Shown in pieces: positions 58,434 to 64,000 of a stretch of 64,000 nt of DNA (position 1 is its first letter; each line of letters opens with the position of its first letter). The notes under the pieces are model-generated. The model did not search any database and had not been told where the DNA came from. It was given only the letters and a program-made list of their open reading frames with translations. Both the position numbers and the translations under genes were made by a program. Origin of the DNA: Candidatus Hydrogenedentota bacterium (GTDB lineage Bacteria; Hydrogenedentota; Hydrogenedentia; Hydrogenedentales; SLHB01); assembly GCA_963668025.2 (NCBI GenBank), contig CAXXTH010000014.1:76605-140604 (forward strand), read 5' to 3'.

Positions 58434-59561
58434 CTAGAGATTCGTAAATACTTCCGATTCCAAGCATACCGCCGTTTCTATAGGCAGCGTGTTTCGCACA
58501 TAATTGGCCAAACGCGGCAGCGCCCATTTCTCCATGGCGGCGTGCCCCGCGTCAACGACGGCCACGCCCGCATCCAATGCGGCTAGCGCATCATGATACT
58601 TGAGATCCCCCGTCACAAGCACATCAATGCCGGGTGGCATTTGGGAGGCCTCGCCGCCGCCGCTTCCGCCGATGACGGCTACATTTTGTATTTGGCATTC
58701 GGCATCGCCCACAAAACGTGTGGCCGTAGCGTCCAGTTTGTCACGGACATATTTGGCAAAGCGGTCAAGGGGCATCGGTTTGCCCAATACGCCCCGAACG
58801 CCCAAGCCTGCCCGGGGATTTGGATTCTCCAGCGCGATGATATCATATGCTGGTTCTTCGTACGGATGGGCCGCCAAAAGCGCCTCAAGCACCTTCGGTA
58901 GGCGTTCTTTCGCCACCAACACCTCGAAACGGCGCTCCGGCTCTTCATTCAATCGTTCTGTTTCACCTAGGAAGGGCCGGGCGTTGGCGCTGGGCGTGAA
59001 CGTGCCAGTTCCTAGCGCACTGAAGCTGCAACATGCGTAATCGCCAATATGCCCCGCGCCAGATTTGAAAACGGCATCCTGCACTGCGGCCAGATGGGAC
59101 TCCGGCACAAAGGTGACGAGTTTCACTTGGCGGGCTTGGGGCGCGGGCAACAGCGGTTTCACTTCTTTCAAGCCCAGTTGTTCCGCAAGGGCGGCATTGA
59201 CTCCTTCCGGCGCAACGTCCAGGTTGGTATGGGCGACGAAACATGCGATATTCGCACGTACAAGTTCCACACACAACGCCGCTGTGGGCGTATCCTCCCG
59301 GAGCGTCTTCAGGGGCCGCCAGATGAGGGGATGATGCGCGACAATCATGGAGGCCTTGGCGCGCTGGGCCGCCGCGATGACATCCCGCGTCACCGTGAGC
59401 GCTACGAGAATCCGGGAGACGGGCGCTTCAGGATCGCCCACTTGCAGCCCTACGTTGTCCCAGTCATACGCCCATGCCGCCGGAGCCATATACTCGATGG
59501 CGGCGCAAACATCCTGGACACGCACAACGGTTCTGGCCGCCGGATTACGCTTCATCCGCAT
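58434..59561 (-). CDS. Nif3-like dinuclear metal center protein (YqfO/YbgI type with PII-like insert)
   Basis: WDNVGLQVG; AHHPLI; HTNLD; GAGHIGDY..CSF; HPYEEPAYD; GDLKYH; DAGH. Start uncertain. Confidence 0.92.
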   Translation of the reverse strand: MRMKRNPAARTVVRVQDVCAAIEYMAPAAWAYDWDNVGLQVGDPEAPVSRILVALTVTRDVIAAAQRAKASMIVAHHPLIWRPLKTLREDTPTAALCVELVRANIACFVAHTNLDVAPEGVNAALAEQLGLKEVKPLLPAPQARQVKLVTFVPESHLAAVQDAVFKSGAGHIGDYACCSFSALGTGTFTPSANARPFLGETERLNEEPERRFEVLVAKERLPKVLEALLAAHPYEEPAYDIIALENPNPRAGLGVRGVLGKPMPLDRFAKYVRDKLDATATRFVGDAECQIQNVAVIGGSGGGEASQMPPGIDVLVTGDLKYHDALAALDAGVAVVDAGHAAMEKWALPRLANYVRNTLPIETAVCLESEVFTNL

Positions 59562-60375
59562 ACTCCATCGAGATGGCCGCGTATCCGACCACGCGCTCAT
59601 AATCGCCCGATACGCGGCCGCTGGTCCGGTAATCCAGCAAGTTCCAAGCATTCGCGCCCATGGATTGGGCGTATGCCATGGCCACACTCACTGCCGCCGC
59701 CCCACACATGGAGTATTCATTGTGTTGAATGCCATGGGCGAAATCGTCCCACTTCTGGGCGAGTACGGCCTCCAACGTGCGCTGATCCATGGAATTGGCG
59801 TCTGGTTCCCGCAAATAATGCGAAAGATCCGTCGAGGCGATAAGCAGATCCGAAGGATCAGACATCTTCGCTAGTGCGCGCCCCAAACGGGCATGCCATT
59901 CGCCAATCATCGAGCCTAAAAGGACGGGAACGATAGGAACCTCTCCCAAGGCTGCCGCGAGAAAAGGCAATTGCACTTCCAGCGCGTGCTCGTATAGGTG
60001 CGCGGATTCCGATTCCGATTGGGTTTCACGGGCCAGCGCTTCCGCGAATGCCTCATCAATGGGGAATGCGCCCAGCGGAGAGAGAAAGGCCCCGCGCGTA
60101 AAGACGGACGCCGTGGAGATATACTCCCGGTGGGAGCAGCCCGCCAGGATCACCCTGCGAGGCCGTTTGCCTCGAATACGCGCATATGCAAAACCCGCTG
60201 TAGGGCCAGAATAGATGAATCCCGCATGCGGCGCTATGATGGCCGCTACGGAGTCCGGGGCGGGAGCCACGCCGGATTCCTCGATAAACCCTTCCACCAT
60301 GGCGCGCAGTTTGCCCGGTTCATTTGGATAAAACTGACCCGCGACAGCGGGCTTGCGTTCCATATATGCAGCCAT
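59545..60375 (-). CDS. amrB: AmmeMemoRadiSam system protein B (MEMO1 family)
   Basis: RKPAVAGQFYP; APHAGFIYSG; EHALEVQLPFL; ASTDLSHY; SMCG; VVGYAA. Confidence 0.93.
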   Translation of the reverse strand: MAAYMERKPAVAGQFYPNEPGKLRAMVEGFIEESGVAPAPDSVAAIIAPHAGFIYSGPTAGFAYARIRGKRPRRVILAGCSHREYISTASVFTRGAFLSPLGAFPIDEAFAEALARETQSESESAHLYEHALEVQLPFLAAALGEVPIVPVLLGSMIGEWHARLGRALAKMSDPSDLLIASTDLSHYLREPDANSMDQRTLEAVLAQKWDDFAHGIQHNEYSMCGAAAVSVAMAYAQSMGANAWNLLDYRTSGRVSGDYERVVGYAAISMEYADEA

Positions 60376-60436
60376 GGCGCACCTCCTCTCCCCGTTGATA
60401 TCATCACGTTTAGTGTATCAATCATGCTCAGAAGCG

Positions 60437-61066
60437 TCAAAGGTCCAGGCTTGGGAATTTCTTGAAATGGCCGTTTCCACGGATATGCTTTTTGGCGTTT
60501 TCCGCCGCTTCGAGGATGGGCAATACATTGCGCAGATGCTCCGCCAGGGCGATCAACCGATCTCCTTCACGAGGAATGCCGAGAAAGCCCACTTTCTGTT
60601 CGAGCGTCAATCCCACTTCATGCGCCAGACGGAATGAGAGATACAGCTGGCTGAAATCATGCTGGTCCCGATTTGTTTGGAATAATTGGTGCAGGCGGGA
60701 GTACAAATCCATCAATTCGTCCAAAGGCGCATCCTGCGTATCGGGATCGTTTTCAATGCATTCCACTTCGCCCGCGGCATAGAGTTTTCCGGGAGCCTCC
60801 CGTATGAACCGGCTCAGATGGAAGGGCCGCTGTCCTTGCACGAGAATATCCATCTCGCCTTCCTCGTAGACATGGAAAACCCGCGCAAGGGCCATCTCGG
60901 TTCCAAATTCCGCCAGCTTGCCCTCCACATAGGCGGGTATGCCAAAGGTAATGCCTTCTGATTCGCATTCCCGGATGAGCTGTTTATATCGAGGCTCGAA
61001 GATGTGGAGTTTTAAGTCTTCACCCGGAAAAACGACCAATTGCAATGGAAATAACGGCAATAGCAT
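60437..61066 (-). CDS. LON peptidase N-terminal (substrate-binding) domain protein
   Basis: LPLFPLQLVVFPG..L.LHIFEPRY. Confidence 0.9.
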   Translation of the reverse strand: MLLPLFPLQLVVFPGEDLKLHIFEPRYKQLIRECESEGITFGIPAYVEGKLAEFGTEMALARVFHVYEEGEMDILVQGQRPFHLSRFIREAPGKLYAAGEVECIENDPDTQDAPLDELMDLYSRLHQLFQTNRDQHDFSQLYLSFRLAHEVGLTLEQKVGFLGIPREGDRLIALAEHLRNVLPILEAAENAKKHIRGNGHFKKFPSLDL

Positions 61067-61156
61067 AAAAGCGCCTCCATATACGGGTTTGCATCGCCGC
61101 GCACGCCTGCGTATGCTCTGTGCGTCCAGTATAAACTGAAGCAGGGGATATTAGAA

Positions 61157-61924
61157 ATGCGGCTCCTTTCATGGAATGTCAATGGCGTGCGGGCTATCGC
61201 GGGCAAAGGTTTTCTCGAATGGCTGGATGAGGCGTCCCCCGATGTCCTGTGCATTCAAGAGATCAAGGCGCATGCCGAGGCCGTGCCGCCTGAGGTGCGC
61301 GCGCCTAAAGGATACGGCAGCGTATGGCGTCCCGCGAAGCGCCCCGGTTATAGCGGAGTAGCGGCCTTTTTCAAGAAAGGCATGGAGCCGCTGGATGTCC
61401 GGGAATTGGGCATCGAAGAATTCGATCTCGAAGGCCGCGTCCAAATCCTCGAATATGCGGAGTTCCACCTGATAAACGCCTATTTCCCCAACAGCCAGCC
61501 CGAGCGCGCGCGGCTCGATTATAAATTGCGTTTTTGCAAGGCCATGCTTGAGCTATGTGAAGGCCTGCGGTCGGCTGGCAAACATGTGGTTTTATGCGGC
61601 GACTACAACATCGCTCATACGGAAATTGATCTGGCGCGGCCCAAGGAAAACCGGGATAATCCCGGCTTTTACCCCGAAGAATGCGCCAGTATGGATGCCT
61701 TCCTTCACACAGGCTATGTGGATGTGTTTCGCAAGCTCCACCCCGGCGAGCCGGGCCACTATACCTGGTGGTCCTACCGCATGAAGGCCCGTGAGAAAAA
61801 CGTCGGCTGGCGGCTGGATTACCATTGCGTCAACGAGGAATTCGCGCCTCGGGTGAAAAACGCGGTAATCTTAAGCAACATCATGGGCTCCGATCATTGC
61901 CCCGTGGCGTTGCAGATCAAATAG
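61157..61924 (+). CDS. xth: Exodeoxyribonuclease III
   Basis: SWNVNG; QEIK; GYSGVA; GDYNIAH; YTWWSYR; GWRLDY; SDHCP. Confidence 0.96.
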   Translation: MRLLSWNVNGVRAIAGKGFLEWLDEASPDVLCIQEIKAHAEAVPPEVRAPKGYGSVWRPAKRPGYSGVAAFFKKGMEPLDVRELGIEEFDLEGRVQILEYAEFHLINAYFPNSQPERARLDYKLRFCKAMLELCEGLRSAGKHVVLCGDYNIAHTEIDLARPKENRDNPGFYPEECASMDAFLHTGYVDVFRKLHPGEPGHYTWWSYRMKAREKNVGWRLDYHCVNEEFAPRVKNAVILSNIMGSDHCPVALQIK

Positions 61925-62012
61925 AAGGTTCTGCATAATCGGTGTTTCCGCAATAAAACTCAATCATGCTCCCCGGTGTTCATGCTTACATGTGGAGTAG
62001 GAGGCCGTAATA

Positions 62013-63845
62013 GTGAGATATTGGAAAGATGATATACCATTTGACACGTTGGAAGATGCGCTGTCTTCGCGGAAACTGGATGATGTGAAGACCCTGGCGA
62101 TGCTAGTAGTGGGGACTAAACCGCCACGCAAGGATGAGTGCATCACCGCCATTCAAAAGTCATTATCCGGAAGCGGCTTGCAACGTTTTTGGGAGCGTTT
62201 GGACAGCTTGTCGAAGTCGGCGGTGACGGAAGTAGTACATGGAGGCAATGGCCGGTTCTATCCTGACCGGTTTCTTGCGAAATATGGCGCTCTTCCCCGC
62301 CGTCACCATGAAGATTACCATGATCGTACAAAAAATGTTCCATGGACATTGCTGGACATCGTTTTTACACAAAATAAGATGCCTCGCGACATAAAGGAGC
62401 GTTTCCTCGATTTTGTTCCACATCCTGCAAATCCAACGGTCAAAACAGTAGACGAATTACCTTCATCCATCCCATCCTTGCTGCATTCTTGGGATATCCG
62501 GCAAGGGAAGCAGCCTGTCGAGCAGCCGCTTCATGTATGCGAGACTGAAGAGGCCGCTTTTCACGATCTAGTGGCGGTGTTGCGCTTGATCGATTCAGGC
62601 AAAGTGGGCGCAAGCGCGTCCACGCACCGCCCCTCGCTTTCGGGAGTGAAAGCGATCGCTGGCGTCCTGCGAGACGGAGATATTGTTGACATAGAGAAGG
62701 CGGCGAGAGCGGAGGATTATATCCGGGCATTCGCGTGGCCGCTACTCGTGCAAGCGGCGGGCTTGGCCCGCCTGAAAGGCCCTAAGCTGGAATTGACGAA
62801 ACAAGGCCACGCCGCCCTTTCCGCTCCCGCTCATGAGACACTTAAACACACGTGGAACCGATGGCTAGATAAAGGCCTTATTGACGAGTTTAATCGGGTC
62901 GAGGCCATTAAAGGCCAGTATAAGAAGGGGCGCGGAGGGCTTACCCAGGCATCGTACAGAAGATACGCCGTGAATGAAGCGCTCGAGGAGTGTCCAGCGG
63001 AGAAATGGATCGAGATAGACGAATTTTTCCGGTATTTCCAAGCCCTTGGCATCGAACTTGAGGTAGTGCAAGATCCGTGGAATCTTTACATCTCCGATTC
63101 ACAATATGGCAACCTCGGTTATGAGGGATACCATCATTGGAACATCGTTCAAGGCCGGTATGTAATGGCTTTGCTGATGGAATACGCCATGACGCTTGGC
63201 CTGGTGGATATCGCCTGTATTGAGCCAGAAGGCGCTCGAAATGATTACTGGTACAATTGGGGATCGGATGATCTGCCTTGCCTCTCCCGATATGATGGCC
63301 TAAAGTATCTGCGCATCACGGCTCTAGGCGCGTATTGCTTCGGGATCTCCGAAGAATATGTGCGGACGCCGCTTGCCCCGCGCTCCGTGCTTAGCATACT
63401 TCCCAACCGGGATATCGTCATCCGGGATGCTTCGGCGTTTTCCGCCGGGGACGCCCTCTTTCTAGACCGGATAGCCGTTAAAAACAGCGACCACACCTGG
63501 GCGCTGGACCAGATGCGCATCTTGGACGCATTGGAGAGCGGAATTCGTCCCGATGAGATATACGTTTTTTTTGACGCCATGAGCCATTCGCCCATGCCGG
63601 ATAATGTGCGCTTGTTCATTGATGGCATCGTCCAGCGCGCATCCTTGGTTTCATATGAAGGCGCAGCGGAAGTATTTCGTGTAGCCGACGAGCCCACGGC
63701 GCTACTCATCGCCCATGATTCCACTGCCAGGTCCTTGTGCTATATGGCTGGGCCTAATCGCCTGGTCGTCGCTTCGCGCCATGCCAAGGTGTTCCGGAAG
63801 GCTTTGCGGCAAATGGGATTTATCGCGCCACAGGGAAAGGTGTGA
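62013..63845 (+). CDS. Helicase-associated domain protein (Helicase_C_3/XPB-partner-like C-terminus)
   Basis: GTG start after GGAGG; AFAWPLLVQAAGL, DEFNRVEAIKGQ, LSRYDGL.YLRITALGAY; C-terminal WALD...GI...I..F...PMPDNV pattern. Confidence 0.7.
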   Translation: MRYWKDDIPFDTLEDALSSRKLDDVKTLAMLVVGTKPPRKDECITAIQKSLSGSGLQRFWERLDSLSKSAVTEVVHGGNGRFYPDRFLAKYGALPRRHHEDYHDRTKNVPWTLLDIVFTQNKMPRDIKERFLDFVPHPANPTVKTVDELPSSIPSLLHSWDIRQGKQPVEQPLHVCETEEAAFHDLVAVLRLIDSGKVGASASTHRPSLSGVKAIAGVLRDGDIVDIEKAARAEDYIRAFAWPLLVQAAGLARLKGPKLELTKQGHAALSAPAHETLKHTWNRWLDKGLIDEFNRVEAIKGQYKKGRGGLTQASYRRYAVNEALEECPAEKWIEIDEFFRYFQALGIELEVVQDPWNLYISDSQYGNLGYEGYHHWNIVQGRYVMALLMEYAMTLGLVDIACIEPEGARNDYWYNWGSDDLPCLSRYDGLKYLRITALGAYCFGISEEYVRTPLAPRSVLSILPNRDIVIRDASAFSAGDALFLDRIAVKNSDHTWALDQMRILDALESGIRPDEIYVFFDAMSHSPMPDNVRLFIDGIVQRASLVSYEGAAEVFRVADEPTALLIAHDSTARSLCYMAGPNRLVVASRHAKVFRKALRQMGFIAPQGKV

Positions 63846-63901
63846 GAGTGAATCTCCGCTATTCCGCAATAGTGAGAGTGAATCTCCGCTATTCCGCAAT
63901 A
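63842..63901 (+). repeat. Perfect 30-bp tandem duplication overlapping the stop codon
   Basis: GTGAGAGTGAATCTCCGCTATTCCGCAATA x2 (63842-63871, 63872-63901). Confidence 0.9.
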
Positions 63902-64000
63902 AAGATAGCGTGTGGGACCGGCGCCTTCGCCTGCCATTCATGGAGAAGCAGCCAAAATGTCACCCTAAAAACGCCAGTTGAATCTTGAGTGTCGAGCAGG

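Noticed and set aside
63842-63901. Possible CRISPR repeats (30 bp x2)
   Set aside because: The copies are directly adjacent with no spacer and no cas genes; a simple tandem duplication.

Overview
A 64-kb chromosomal window from a GC-rich diderm bacterium. The protein style, especially Ig-rich surface proteins with short C-terminal TM+Arg tails, suggests Candidatus Hydrogenedentes; this is an inference. Core genes are the 3' end of a V/A-type ATPase operon (A, B, D) followed by a PTS EIIA protein, lexA, an orphan flagellin, hldE, a TRAP transporter with a USP, tRNA-Pro(CGG), surface-glycan genes, exeA/exeB, an EIIA-CBS protein with an ArsB/NhaD transporter, a ZIP transporter, tsaE, glgA, Nif3, MEMO, a LON-N protein and xth. 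The accessory content is rich. Four complete IS elements have readable TIRs and target duplications (one IS1182/IS5-like, one IS630, two ISKra4; one ISKra4 sits inside a signal peptide). An IS remnant and a possible MITE are also present. An unannotated ORF-less group II intron (25308-26083) starts exactly at the TA duplicated by the IS630. A low-GC restriction-modification cassette has an HTH controller fused to the endonuclease, with both genes apparently leaderless. Other notable signals are a candidate Myxococcus-like SOS box at lexA, two distinct C-terminal protein-sorting tails, a degenerate methyltransferase/coiled-coil/GT4 fusion and a dispersed family of short intergenic hairpin repeats. 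All calls come from reading the sequence and recalled family motifs; no database searches were run.
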